In this document: piece by piece, positions 1 through 12,737 of the stretch
Position numbering within the stretch: the first letter of the stretch is position 1
Layout: the number at the start of each line of letters is the position of its first letter
Assembly (NCBI RefSeq): GCF_009914755.1
Contig: NC_060937.1
Source of the DNA: the human T2T-CHM13v2.0 reference genome, Homo sapiens
DNA length: 64,000 nt
Direction: 5' to 3' (one strand)
Translations under genes and position numbers: made by a program
The notes under the pieces: generated by a model
What the model saw: only the letters and a program-made list of their open reading frames with translations
Database searches by the model: none
What the model was told of the DNA's origin: nothing

Positions 1-36
1 CGTCTCAAAAAAAAAAAAAAAGAAAAAAGAAAAAAA
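1..36 (+). mobile_element. Alu 3' end and poly(A) tail (element continues upstream of window)
   Basis: CGTCTC followed by an A-rich tail, the canonical Alu terminus. Confidence 0.85.
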
Positions 37-129
37 TAGTTAGTTGATATTCTTCTGTAACGGGGAGCTGACCTTTCTCTGTTATCTATGCATTTACGTA
101 TCTATCTAGCTATCATATATCTATTATTT

Positions 130-1050
130 ATTCTTATTTATTATCTGTATGGACTCATGGGTTTCCTTTTTATAGAGTGAGTTGTAATCCCAAACTGCCA
201 CCTTTTTTTTAATGTTCGAGTTTTTCTAGATTTGGCTAGGTAGGGACCCCTTCAATACAGCTCATGTGTTAATTTACATGACCCCATAATACTTTGAACA
301 CTCCCTTACTTTCTAGCACAACAGGATGTCGCAGTTGCAGCTTGTGCTTCTGTTGCCTGTAATCTCTGCCTGAGATCAGCTGTCCTTCTCTGAGGTACCT
401 TCATCATTTTTATTAGGGAATGGTATTTAAAATCAAAATCAGGGTCTAGATATATTCATCGCTATTGATGCTACTGGAAGTCTTGTTTCAAAGCCCATTC
501 AGCAAATAGAGTTCAAAATATACAGCACATGTATGTATGTTTGCATACATTACAAAGATGTATATTGATGTGTATGTGTGTGTGTTTTAAAATCATGAGT
601 TTATACTGAAAATCCCATCTCTAATACAGCCCACAAGCTCTTTCCAGCCTTCCTGTATTTCATAGTTGTACCACTCTTCCCTAACATCATTCTGCAATGT
701 ACAGAAAGCTTTTATGTAAATGCTACACTGATACCACTGTGAAAAACAATCCTACTAAGTCAAGTTCAAGATTATTATTTCTTTTATATCTTTAGATTTT
801 AAGATATATGCTTTTCTCCTTGGGTTTTCATTCTGCATCAATTCATATTATAATATATGTACACACAAACATATATATATATATAATGTATATAATTGTT
901 CTCTTTTTTAACAGTTTCATAGCACAACATCGTGTGAATATAACCTTTTTTCCAGCAATCTTCTATGTATTAGAGTTTAGTTGCTTCCAATCTTTTGCAA
1001 TTACAAAACAACACTGTAATGAGTCACCTGATATGGATATATTTTTGATT
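130..1050 (-). mobile_element. Ancient L1M (L1MC/ME-type) 3'-region fragments
   Basis: TATGGACTCATGG..GTTGTAATCC and TTTAGTTGCTTCCAATCTTTTGCAATTACAAA motifs typical of old L1 3' ends in antisense; boundaries approximate. Confidence 0.5.
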
Positions 1051-1337
1051 TCTTAGAGAAAGATCTTAAAAATAAATTCCTTCAAGGGGGATTTGAAGTT
1101 TTATTCCAGTTTATGTCAAATATTCTAAAGCATTATTTTGAATCATTATGAAAGCAAAATAATTGGACTTTCCACCTTACTGCACATATTCTTTAGTTTC
1201 AGCCCAGAGCCTATGACGAAATCTACAAACAGTTATGAAACAAGTAAAATCTAGAAATTGAACTAACTATAATTGTATAGAAAAATACAAACACATTTCT
1301 CAATATGTGGAGAAACAAAACAAAACACAAAGAACTT

Positions 1338-1750
1338 ATACTTCATGATTACACACACACACATATGGACTCTTTGTGATTACACACACATATGGACTCT
1401 TTGATCACACACACACATATACACCTGTAGGTAAGTGGGTATATGTGTATATATGCATACATACATATATGTGTGTATATGTGTATATATGCATGCATAC
1501 ATATGTGTGTGTATATAATATACATACATATATGTGTATATAATATACATACATATATGTGTATATATGCATACATACATATATGTGTATATATGCATAC
1601 ATACATATATGTGTATATATATGCATACATACATATATGTGTGTATATGCATACATATATGTGTATATATGCATACATACATATATGTGTATATATAATA
1701 TACACATATATGTGTGTGTAATCATAAAGTATGGACTCTTTGTCCATATG
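1338..1750. repeat. Compound (CA)/(TA)/(TG) micro/minisatellite with ~26-bp unit GTGTATATATGCATACATACATATAT
   Basis: Tandem repeats seen directly; explains five low-complexity ORFs. Confidence 0.9.
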
Positions 1751-1924
1751 TAAACATTAGCTTTATATATATATGTCTCTATATGCTATATAGCTCTCTC
1801 TATATATGCTATATTTAGATTAGCATATATGTCACACAAACAAGTAAATGCCATATATCCATATTTATGTATTTATGTACACTTATTTATGTATATATGG
1901 CATATATACACATATATGGCATAT

Positions 1925-2150
1925 AAACAAGTAAAGCTAATCTCAGTGTTAAGACATCAGGACAGTTACTACTTTTGGAGGCTGATAGTGACAGAGGAAG
2001 AACAAAGAAGGTCAGAGTTGTTGAATAATATTCTATGTCATAACCAGGGTACTTGTGAAGTGACAGTGCCCAACTGGGAGATATTTGTTAAGCAATTTAT
2101 CAATTATTTATTTTTGTGTATAAAGTAAGAAATTGTTTAATAAAACATTT
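1925..2150 (+). mobile_element. Old L1ME-type 3' end fragment
   Basis: AAGCTAATCT..GTGTTAAGACATCAGGACAGT.. resembles L1ME 3' UTR. Confidence 0.45.
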
Positions 2151-2439
2151 AAAAGATAAAGTAAATATTTTTTAGCATTTTTTTACATTCTTTCCAAATG
2201 TAAGAGAAAATATTTTGAGTTTCAGGATGGTTGTAAATGCAGCAACTTTAGGGATGTATGTAAAACTTTAGAAATAATATGCAGGTTTTACAAAGATAAT
2301 GCTTTTGTGAGCTTACAAAATTGCATGTATTATTTATAAATGTGGATAAATTTGGGACTTTTTGAAGATTTCACTATGTAAAAGCTTGCAGTGAAGATAG
2401 TTAATGTTAACTACTTTAATGGCAAATACTAAGATCTCA

Positions 2440-3240
2440 GTAACATAACTAAACCAAAGTATATTTCTCATTAAAGAAAACTGATTTAGATCTGGTAACT
2501 ACATGGGACATCTTTATCCTATTGAGTAACTGTTATTCCAACATGTTTTACAATTATGGCTCCACCATCTCCACACATGGCCACCATAGGCATTGCAAGG
2601 GGAGAGGAGATAAAGGCCAAGCATACTGGTGGTTAAGAGTCTCAACCTGAAGTGACATACTCACCATTCACTAGCCAGATAAGTCCTTCTGGCTTCAACA
2701 TAACTGCAAGAGATACTTGTGGAGCCCTAATAAGGGAAAAGGAGTCAGGCTGGCAGGAGCAGAGGAAAGCAAAAAGAAAGAGCAGATAAGCTGTTTTAAG
2801 TCTGCCTTTCTTCATGTTCCAGGGCACATAGCCCTCCTGCGCAAATAACTCACAATCTTCCTGCACTCGACTTGCAACAGATCCTCCGCTGATAGAAAAT
2901 TTCAAGTTAGCTCACTGCAACCTTGGCATTATCAGTACTACACATAGCCCTCTCCAGCACAAGCACTGTCGTATAAAATCCCCAGCAAGCCTTTTTCTGT
3001 TTGCAGTCAGCACCTCTCTTGCTGATCTTCCTATTGCTTTTCTGTAACATATTTTCCTACTTTATCTAATAAATCTGCCTTTTTTTTACCTACAATGGTC
3101 TTGGTAAATTCTTTTCACCACCGGTGTTACTGGCCCCAGCTTATTGCCGCCCACAGCAATACTGGGAAATGGAAATTAGTAGTTAGTGTCTTTACCATAA
3201 TGTGGCAGTCTAGCCACTAATGTCTTTGCTCCTGTTGTCT
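2440..3240 (-). mobile_element. Old MLT1 (ERVL-MaLR) LTR fragment, interrupted by a younger LTR
   Basis: GGCTCCACCATC and AACTGCAAG..CTGGGAAATG motifs that rejoin across the 2718-3158 insertion. Confidence 0.45.
2718..3158 (+). mobile_element. Solo ERV1-class LTR (LTR23/MER66-like)
   Basis: TG...CA termini, perfect 5-bp TSD ATACT (2713-2717, 3159-3163), TATAAAA at ~2972, AATAAA at ~3068. Confidence 0.8.
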
Positions 3241-3360
3241 TTCACACAATTCCTTTCAAAAGGGGAAAAAAATGAAGCCTGCAATCACTGCATACAGGTA
3301 GTTTGCTACACAGCCATAGTAAACAGATAATGTGCAGGTTTGATTGAAAGAGAATACAAA

Positions 3361-3525
3361 GGTGGAGTGCAGTGGTTCACTCCTGTAATCCCAGCATTTT
3401 AGGAAGCCCAGGAGGGTGAGTCCAGGAGTTCCAGACCAGCCTTGGCAACATGGTGAAATCCTGTCTGCCAAAAATATAAAAACTAGCCAGTCTCATAACC
3501 TGGCCTCAAAATAAATAAATACATT
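3361..3525 (+). mobile_element. Alu left-monomer (FLAM-like) with internal deletion and atypical 3' segment
   Basis: CCTGTAATCCCAGCA, CCAGGAGTTC-AGACCAGCC, CAACATGGTGAAA; no right arm. Confidence 0.75.
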
Positions 3526-5209
3526 AAAATTTCCAAATAAAAGAAAGAAGACAGAAATATTAGAGAGACTGAAAACATCAGTGAAGCCAAGTAATTCTAG
3601 TTTCAAAATTAGCATGTAAACAAATAGTATTTGTACCCGTAATTCTTTTCCCTTTTATCCTTGATGCTAAATTATCTCCTGTATGTCTCCCTTAATTAAG
3701 AAGTCGAATAATACATGTGAGACTTTTTGGTTTTAAGAGCTTTACCACATGCTCTGAACAGTCCAATGAATATAGAAAGCTAAAATGTATTATTTAGTCA
3801 ATGAGAATATAATCTGTACTGAATTCATGGTGGTATTGATTTGCACTTTGCCAGTTCATTATTAATCAATAACTATGAGTTCTTAGTATATCTCGTCTTA
3901 TAGTTCTATTATGTTTCTTAAGAAATGATGCAAAATTAGATGATAAAATAAAGTCCTGGAATATTACACATTTTATAAGTGAGTGATTCATCTGCTAAAA
4001 TGTCAAGAGCCTACAGAAAAGCAAGCAGAAGCAATTTGTATGTCTCTTTTATCTCTACCAAGGTGTCTTGATTGAATTTTATAGTTCTTGAGAGGCTATC
4101 TCTCTAAAATATGCATAATTTTTATTATGATACATTTTTATGGTTTAAATTAATCTAGAAATAAGTCTGGGACTTGGTTTGCTTCTGAAATCTGATGGAT
4201 TATATATATTGCCAGGTCCAATAGGTCAAACCATTCCTTTCCCATTCTATCAATTCACTCCTTTTTGAACTACTATCAGATGAGTTAGAGCTTCTCATTC
4301 TTCCCTACGTGTATCTTAACCTCTTTTTGGCTGATTTTTAGCTATCTAAGTTTAATGTCATTAATATTTTTCACCATTGTCTTTTGCTAACTGATTTTTC
4401 TAGTTATTTTCTAGAGCTAGGTTGCTTCTCCTTTTTCCTATTCTTCATAATATTTTCTTTTCATTTATCTCAGTAATCTTATTACATATCAATAGAGGAT
4501 ACTTTCATATTGTTGTGTATTTCTAGTTCTTAGGGCTCTTAATTGTCTTTTAGACAACCAGCTGACTCCATTGTTTTTCAATTTTTCATGAGGATTGTAT
4601 TTTGTTGGTTTCAAAATAATTGTTATTTTCACTTTATCATTCATGGTATTATTTGGTTATTATTTAGTGTATAAATTATTAAAGGGGACAGAGTGCATTT
4701 TACATAAAGGGAATCAATGCAACTTCTTGTTTGTACCATCAAATTACTTTGAGAGACTAATTACTATGAGAGATTTATGACTTTATTTTATGAAATTATT
4801 TTGTACTTAGGTACAACAAAGTCTTCAGAGTTCAAATTAATTTCTATGTTCCTTATGAAGTTTTCACTTTATTTGCGGCATGCTCTCCTCTCTTGTTTAC
4901 CAGATAATGCTACAAATATTGAGGCTGCAAGCAACTGTAATCTTATTTAGAATAAAATGCAATTTTTATATTCCCCAAAGCTCAGAGTGTTCCATATTAA
5001 CTTTCGTCTATCTATACTTCTTGTTGTGATGTGAGATAAATAACCATAAATGATCCTAACTCTGTGTTCCGGTGGATGGCTGTGTGGAACCCAATGCAAC
5101 TGACCTAGGAATTATCACACCAAAATCACAAGGCTGAGGTATTAGTAGAAACTTAGAGAAGGAATTGGAATTTGGAATGTCCCGGAAGCCACTACAACTA
5201 TCTGCTAAA

Positions 5210-5226
5210 GCCCTCTAGATGGCAGT
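5210..5226 (+). promoter_or_regulatory. Candidate CTCF-binding motif
   Basis: CCTCTAGATGGCAG matches the CTCF core CCASYAGRKGGCRS with one deviation; motif only. Confidence 0.3.
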
Positions 5227-7340
5227 AACCAAAAAGGAGTTTTCAACCAAAGGTACTTCCCTTGGTTTCTTCTGCTATGAAAGCTCGCTGCTCACTTCAG
5301 ATGCTAAATAGGCCATTATCCATTTCATTTGCTTATATGTTCTTTTCAGCTGGTTTCTAATGTGTTTGAATAAAACTGTTTATTTAAATATTCAAACATG
5401 CATCATAGTTTTCTGTACACTGTTGAACAAAATGAATGTACTTTTCTAGTATATATGAAATTAAATTGAAGCATAAAATCTTTCATATTGTGAATCATCA
5501 CTAGTAAGTCACCTAGTATTCTTTGCGTCATTTTTTTCTGTATATATTTATATATCTACATATTTAGTTATCCATCAGGTAAAAAGATAAAGTTTCACGA
5601 GAAAATTAGACAATATTGAAATATAAATTGTCAACAACATGAATGTTACTGAAAGATGAATTAATGACTAATAATACAAATACTAATATTAACATGAATA
5701 ATAATATTAATTCACTTTGGTAGACAATGACAATACAATTAGTGATAGAATATTATAAAATATATTCATATGAATATAATTAGTGAATATTATAATAGTT
5801 TTAAAAGATGACCTATTTTTATAATATAATTACTAATTTATTATACTAATCTAGTTTTCCATATACTTGTTACCTATATTAAATAATTAATTAGTGTGTT
5901 AACATGCTAACACTAGAATGTTCACATTTTTAACTTTTAAAATATTTACAAAAGCCCATTAAGTTTGCTTCAGATATGAACTTTTTTTGTTCTCTATATT
6001 GAATAATTGAATGCCAAATCATGTAAATGTTTCACAATTTTATGGACGTAAGCAACCAATATTCACTTATTCTTAAAAAAGGGAAATTTAGATTTAAAAA
6101 AATCTTTCTATGTAACACATTTTTGATCATGTTATCTTGTATTTTAATATTTTTCCAGTACTAAAGTTTTAATTATCAGTTTTAAGAAGCTTGGAAACAA
6201 AATTTTCAAATCCTTACTTCCTCCAAGAAAGTGTGTTTAAGGTTACATTACTTATAGAAGCTCTACGTGTTTTCTTTTTTTTTTTCCTTGGCATTTCAAA
6301 ATAGTTATACATTCCAAATAAAACAGTGTTTTCTTCTGTTACATTGTGACATTTCAGATTTTAGTAACTTTGCATTTCTAATGGTATAGGTTTACAGTAA
6401 CTGCTAAAAATATTTTATGACTACTTATTTTCTATTATTTCCTCTCAGATTTTCCTTAAAGTCTATTGAATTTATTCTGTTTTCATGTTAGTATAACTAT
6501 AAGTTTTGTAAGGAAAAATATTGCATCTTCTCATTTCATGATTATAAGTTTGTAACAATGAGCACAGCATGTAGAGCATCTGAAATAGGTATAAAATGGT
6601 ATCCCAAGATCATACTGGCAATCCTTGCTAAGCTATTTGCCCTCCAGGGACATCTACTTTTAGAAAGAGTTACATAAAGACTTGTCTCTTTTTTCCTAAA
6701 ATACCTTATCATTTACATCTTAACCAATCTTGTGTGTCAAACTAATTACATATAATAGAGAATAAAAGTACTTTTTTATTTTTAAATAATTTTAGACTAA
6801 CAGTTTATGTTTCAGTAATATCTCACTTTGACTCATAACCTATCTTCTTTTGGTGTGTCATTTTTTGTATTATTTATTTGCTCAAGAATGTCCCAGGAAA
6901 TTTAATTTTCCTGGTCTTCATATCATCAGTTTCAATATGATGTTAATAATATCAGAATAGGTAATGCCAATAATAACATTATTAATAAAATAATCAGTAT
7001 TATTCATTGATGTCACTACCAAATTAGGCTCTTTAGGTATGTACCACCTATAGAGTCAAAATAAATTATGCAGAGATTAATAAATGGAATAATTCCTGCC
7101 TTCAGGGATTTGATATCTCAGAGCAACAAGCAATATCATATAATACAGCAGAGAAATAATATAATGCATTTAATTAAATAATATACATCACGTTAAATTG
7201 TACCTTTCTCATTTTTTGAGTTATTTTTCTCTCAGGCTAATTGCATTGCTTTCATTCATCAGTAAGGAAAAGTATGGAAGGACAGTGGCAGCACAGAGAT
7301 CAGAAAAGCACTGAGAGGCAGAGCAGTGGGTAAGAAAAGC

Positions 7341-7588
7341 CATGACTATAATCCCAGCACTTTGGGAGGTTGAGGTAGGCAGGTCACCTGACGTTAGGAG
7401 TTCAACACCAGCCTGGCCAATATGGTGAAACCCCCTTTCTACTAAAAATACAAAAAAAGAAAAAAAAAATAGCCAGGCATAGGGGTGCATGCCTCTAGTC
7501 CAATTTACTCTGGAGGCTGAGACAGGAGAATTGCTTGAACCCAGGAGGTGGAGGTTGCAGTGAGCTGAGATAGTGCCATTGCACTCCA
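7341..7588 (+). mobile_element. Alu (AluS-like), 5'- and 3'-truncated
   Basis: Dimeric Alu with middle A-rich linker; ends at GCACTCCA. Confidence 0.9.
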
Positions 7589-7594
7589 ATGCAA

Positions 7595-7729
7595 TAAAGG
7601 AATGGAGGGGAAGGGACGGAAGGGGATGGGAGGGGAGGAAGGAAGGAGGCAAGCAAGCAAGCAAGCAAGCAAGAGAGAGAGAAAGCAAGAAAGAAAGGGA
7701 AGGAAGGAAGGAAGGAAATAAAGAAAGAA

Positions 7730-7793
<64 letters not shown>

Positions 7794-8060
7794 AAAGAAA
7801 AGAAAGAAAGAAAAGAAAGGAAGGAAGGGAAAGAAAGAAAGAGAAAGGACGAAAGAAAGAAAATAAAGAAAGAAAAAGGAAGGAAGGGAAAGAAAGAAAG
7901 AGAAAGGACGAAAGAAAGAAAAGAAAGAAAAAGAAAGGAAGGAAGAGAAAGAAAGAGAAAGGAAGAAAGGAAGAAAGAAAGAGAGAAAGAAAGAAAAAGA
8001 AAGAAAGGAAGGAAGGAAAGAAAAAGAAAGAAGGAAAGAAAAGAAAAGCAAGGCAAGGCA
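7595..8060. repeat. Long polypurine compound microsatellite (GGAA/GCAA/GAAA)n
   Basis: Seen directly; includes a pure (GAAA)n core at ~7730-7795. Confidence 0.95.
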
Positions 8061-8181
8061 GAGAATTTGACAATGAAGAGAGACCCTGCTTGTAAACAAA
8101 GATAGAGGGAACTATAGTTTAGGCACATCATAAAATATGAAGGAGTTTCAATGCAAAGTTTAGGAAAATAAAAGCATGTCC

Positions 8182-9345
8182 AAAAATTAACTCAAGATGG
8201 ATTAAAAACTTAAATTTAAAACCCCAAACTATAAAAACCCTACAAGAAAACCTAGGAAATACCATTCAGGACATAGGTATGGGCAAAGACTTCATGATAA
8301 AAACACCAATAGCAATTGTAACAAAAGCCAAAATTGACAAATGAGATCTAATTAAACTAAAGAGCTTCTGCACAGCAAAGGAAACTATCATCAGAGTGAA
8401 CATGCAACCTAGAGAATGGGAGAAAATTTTTGCAATCCACCAATCTGACAAAGGTCTAACGTCCAGAATTTACAAGGAACTTAAACATATTTACAAGAAA
8501 AAAAAAACATTAAAAAGTGGGCAAAGGGTATGAACAGATCCTTCTCAAAAGAAGACATTTATGTGGGCCAAAAAACATAGGAAAAAAAGCGCAACATCAC
8601 TGATTATCAGAGAAATGCAAATGAAAACCACAGTGAAATACCATCTCACACCAGTCAGAATGGTGATTATTAAAAAGTCAAGGAATAATAGATGCTGACG
8701 AGGCTGTGGAGAAATAGCAACACTTTTTCACTGTTGGTGGGAATGTAAATTAGTTAACTATTGTGCAAGACAGTATGGTGATTCCTCAAGAATCTAGAAC
8801 CAGAAATACAGTATGACCCAGCAATCCCATTGCTGAGTATATAAACAAAGGAACATAAATCATTCTACTATAAAGACACATGCACACATATGTTTATTAC
8901 CATACTATTTACAATAACGAAGACATGGAATCAACCCCAATGCCCATCAATCATAGACTGGATAAAGAAGATGTGGTACATATAAACCATGGAATACTAT
9001 GCAGCCATAAAAAGGAATGAGATCATGTCTTTTGCTGGGACATGGATGAAGCTGGAAGCCATCATCCTCAGAAAAGTAACACAGGAACAGAAAACCAAAC
9101 ACTGAGTGTTCTCACTCATAAGTGGGAGCTGAACATTAAGAACACATGGACACAGAGAGGTGAACAGCACATACCAGGGCGTGGTAGGGGTTGGGGGCTC
9201 AGGGGAGGCATAGAGGATGGGTCAGTAGGTGCAGCAAACCACCCTGGAACATGCATACCTATGTAAATACATGCACGTTCTGCACATGTATCCTGTTTTT
9301 GATTCATTTTTAGAGAAAATTTTAACAAAAAAAGAAAAAAGAGAA
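8182..9345 (+). mobile_element. 5'-truncated L1 (L1PA8A-like): ORF2 C-terminus and 3' UTR
   Basis: L1 ORF2 3' sequence; 3' UTR GAGGATGGGTCAGTAGGTGCAGCAAACC with T-rich pre-tail; A tail; degenerate TSD AAAAGCATGTCC/AAATGAATGTCC. Confidence 0.9.
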
Positions 9346-11603
9346 ATGAATGTCCTTGACCTCTGAACAAGATATACTCACCATCTGGAAGACTTGGCTA
9401 AGGAGAACAGAAGAGAATAAATATTCCTCTGCTGTGAGCTCAACCACAAAACTTCTGTCTGCAGAGGTTAAAAGTTACTACAGTTTCATCCCCAGGCTTT
9501 AGGTCATCTGAATTTCTCAGTGGAGACACCTGAATCCAATTCAAACTCTAAGTTATTTTTTCTTAATTCAAGAGTTTATTAAATTTGCTTGTCTACATAT
9601 TGCTGTCAGATTTTGGAGATAAATTCTAATATTGTAAGAATTTTTTTTAGTGAATGGGATTGTATGAAAGGAAGTAAGCAGATAGAAATGGGTAGCTAGA
9701 TGATTTACCAAGGGTGGGATTTACTTGTTGTTTCCCTTTATTTTTTTCTCCAATTATGTGAATAGCAATGGAAAAGAACATATACTATAAGACCCAAGAT
9801 GCAGAGTTCCATAATGAAGACCAAATGTCAATAAAATTATATAATAACTAAATACATCCTAGAAATTCTTCCTGATTATTAATTAATAAACATATTATTA
9901 AGGCCCAGTTTACATTACAAAAGAAACTACACTAAGAATGAAATACTAAAATATATTTTAAAAGGATCTAGAATATCTTGCTAATTCAGGGAAAGAAAAC
10001 TGCCTGAAGCAGAAACCTAATCTTAGCAAGATTGATCTTGTAGAACTGCTAAAAATAAGAACGGTGTAGGTGTCTAGGGAACTTACCCGTCATTCTGACA
10101 TTTAAACTTTCTTTAGACTCTCACATTGTTCTTTGTTGAACCTAAATGCTGATGATTGTTTGTGCAAAATTCTCTCTTTGGAATTATCCTGAGACTCTAA
10201 TTTACTACTTGATTTTCCAAATCCATCACTGTACTCAGAGGAACATGGTAATTTTACTATCCTTTGGCAGAGTGACCTACTTAGAACTCAAGTTAATAGA
10301 TAAAGGTAAGATGAGCTTTTGTAGTAGTCACTGTGATCACAGGTGTAAATAAAATAATGTCATAATTTTTGTGGCATTAAATTTAGAAGATATTATTAAT
10401 TTTTTATCTATTTAAATGAAGATAATCAATTTGTTTATTGTAACCACCGACAATAAAATTAGAGTTAATCAATACATAATTTCCGACTGTATATTCTGAT
10501 TATAAATCTTGGAGCCAAATGAGAATGAGTCAGACAAGTCATAGTATCTTTGCTCTTAGTAATTTTGTTTTGTTGGTGATTTCTCAGGAATGCTTGGAGA
10601 TCTGTGCTATATAGTCAGAGCTAAAATACTTAAGTAAGACATTATTTCTTGTTTTCTTTCAATATGATTAGTAATCCTTCTTGTACTTCGGGCACCAGCA
10701 CAAACAAACCTCTGCTTACCACCCACAAAACAGTAAGCCTAAGCAGATTTTTTTAAAAAGCTATTATTGAACAGATATTAAAGGTGAGAGTATAATTTCA
10801 ATCCATGGTGAAGAATCAATTTAAGAATTGAATAAAATTCTAACTGTAACATATTTCAATACAAAGTTGATGCTGCTCATCTTAATTTAGCATTTTGTTT
10901 TCTTGCCAAAAATCAATTTGCAGTAGAAAGTCGAAAGCAATTTAGCATGAACAATTAGATAATTCCTGATACATACTGGGCAAAAATAAAGATAAACACA
11001 TAAGGATTGCCATGGAGAGATTACCAGGTGAATCTAAGATATCTGGGCAAGCATTTTAATCACATAAATGCTATCACTTTCAATTTTTTATTGATACATC
11101 ATTATAACATGTCTTATTATATATATGATAATATACTGTAAGTATGAACTACAGTTTAGAATTAAAAGTATATAAAATTTAAAAATCATTAATAAATTGC
11201 AACTTTTAAAATGATATATTTCAGTTTGATTTTAATGTTATCTATAAATGGTTTTTAACGTAAAAATTCAAGGAGTGTATCAATTATATACTAACATACA
11301 TTTTGAAATGTAAAGCCAAAAAAGAAAATTAGATGTATTTGTTTTAAAGGGAAAAGCTATTTGTAAAGCAGTTTTGCTGCATTTCTGTAGATGAGCGGTT
11401 TCAGGTTAGTGGTGCTTGCTGTGTGTGCATCTCAAGCAACCTAAAGCAGAAAGCCATGGAGGCAGTCACAGCAGGAGGTGTAGAAAGGCTAAATTCCCCT
11501 GGACGCAGGCTTGTTTTTCTTCATGACAAGCATGACCCTAGGAATCAAAATCTGTTAGCACAAAGAGGGAACAGAGAACAAAATAAAACGGACAAATAGG
11601 GAA

Positions 11604-11667
11604 ATATATATATATATATTATATATATATATATATATATAATATATATATAGTATATATATGTATA
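11604..11667. repeat. (TA)n microsatellite, imperfect
   Basis: Seen directly. Confidence 0.9.
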
Positions 11668-12111
11668 AAATCAATGCAGTTATTTTGTAGTATATGTGGA
11701 GAAAACCCCCACAAAATATGAGAAAAAAATAGCCTTGAAAGATATTTATTGTTGAAGATGACAAATTTTGTATACCTATTTTACTTCTAACCTATTTGGA
11801 GAAAGCCTCTAAAAGAGGCTTTCTATGAAACAACATAGAAAAGTGAGGAAGACTTAAAAAAATTACATTAAAATTAAACATGGCAGGTCACTGTATGTGC
11901 TTTTGTCTGTCTCTTCAATTAAATAACAAAAAATGCCAACAAGGGGTGAAAAATATAGTTATCTGGAGAGAAAAGAAGAAATATGATACAGTAGAAGTCT
12001 GAAAAATGGAAAGTGGAAGGCAGAGTGATAACACAGTTAATAGAGCAAAGCACCTGGACTCAAAGGCCTTCAGCAACAACGAGTGGCACCGATGAGAACA
12101 GAAACATTTTG

Positions 12112-12395
12112 TACTTTGAGAGGCTGAGGTGGGCAGATCACTTAAGCTCAAGAGTTGGAAACAAACCTGAACAACATGGTGAAATGCCATCTCTAAAAAA
12201 ATAATAATAATAAATACAAAAAAATAGGTAGGTGTGATGGCATGTCCCCTACAGTCCCAGCTGCACTGGAGGCTGAGGTGGTAGGATCACCTGAGCTAAG
12301 GAGGTCAAGGCTGCAGTGAGTTGTCACTGCACCACTGCACTCGAGCCTGGGTGACAGAGAGAGACCCTGTCAAAAAGAAAAAAAAAAAAAGAAAG
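12112..12395 (+). mobile_element. AluJ, 5'-truncated
   Basis: GGAGGTCAAGGCTGCAGTGAG and GAGACCCTGTC (AluJ-type diagnostics), poly(A) tail. Confidence 0.85.
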
Positions 12396-12419
12396 AACTA
12401 TTTTTTGGCCACAGGATGA

Positions 12420-12730
12420 AATCTTTAAAAGCAGGCATTGAGTAAGGACTGCGGTGTTATGTATTTATTAAAATTGACATTTGAAAAGAGAAAAGGAGGA
12501 GCATAAGTAAGCAAAAAAAAAAAAAAAAAAAAAAAAAGGTTGAACTGTGATGCAGGCCAGGTAAGGCCTAGGCCAACCCCACAGGAATCTCTGAAACATA
12601 TATGGCCTCTCAGAGTTTTTCACATGATCAGTCAAAATAGATCTTTTATTCCATTGCTGAATACCTTGAGGTGTTGCTTTGCCAAGGGCATGTCCTTGTG
12701 TAAGGAGGCTTTTGTTTTAAGATAATCCTC
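12420..12730. mobile_element. Old ERVL-class LTR fragment
   Basis: GTTGAACTGTGATGCAG..GGCCAACCCCACAGGAATCTCTG resembles ERVL LTR consensus; family and orientation uncertain. Confidence 0.35.
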
Positions 12731-12737
12731 CCTGATC

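Noticed and set aside
1338-1420. Repeat-spacer-like pattern (TATGGACTCTTTG separated by short segments) as a CRISPR-like array
   Set aside because: Intervening segments are (CA)n, not unique spacers; primate DNA with no cas genes.
1349-1753. Five overlapping ORFs of 64-132 aa (YIHIYVCM repeats)
   Set aside because: Translation of a TA/CA/TG microsatellite; low complexity, not coding.
7221-8131. Long F/S/L-rich and K/E/R-rich ORFs (up to 292 aa)
   Set aside because: Stop-free frames from the (GAAA)n tract plus an antisense Alu.
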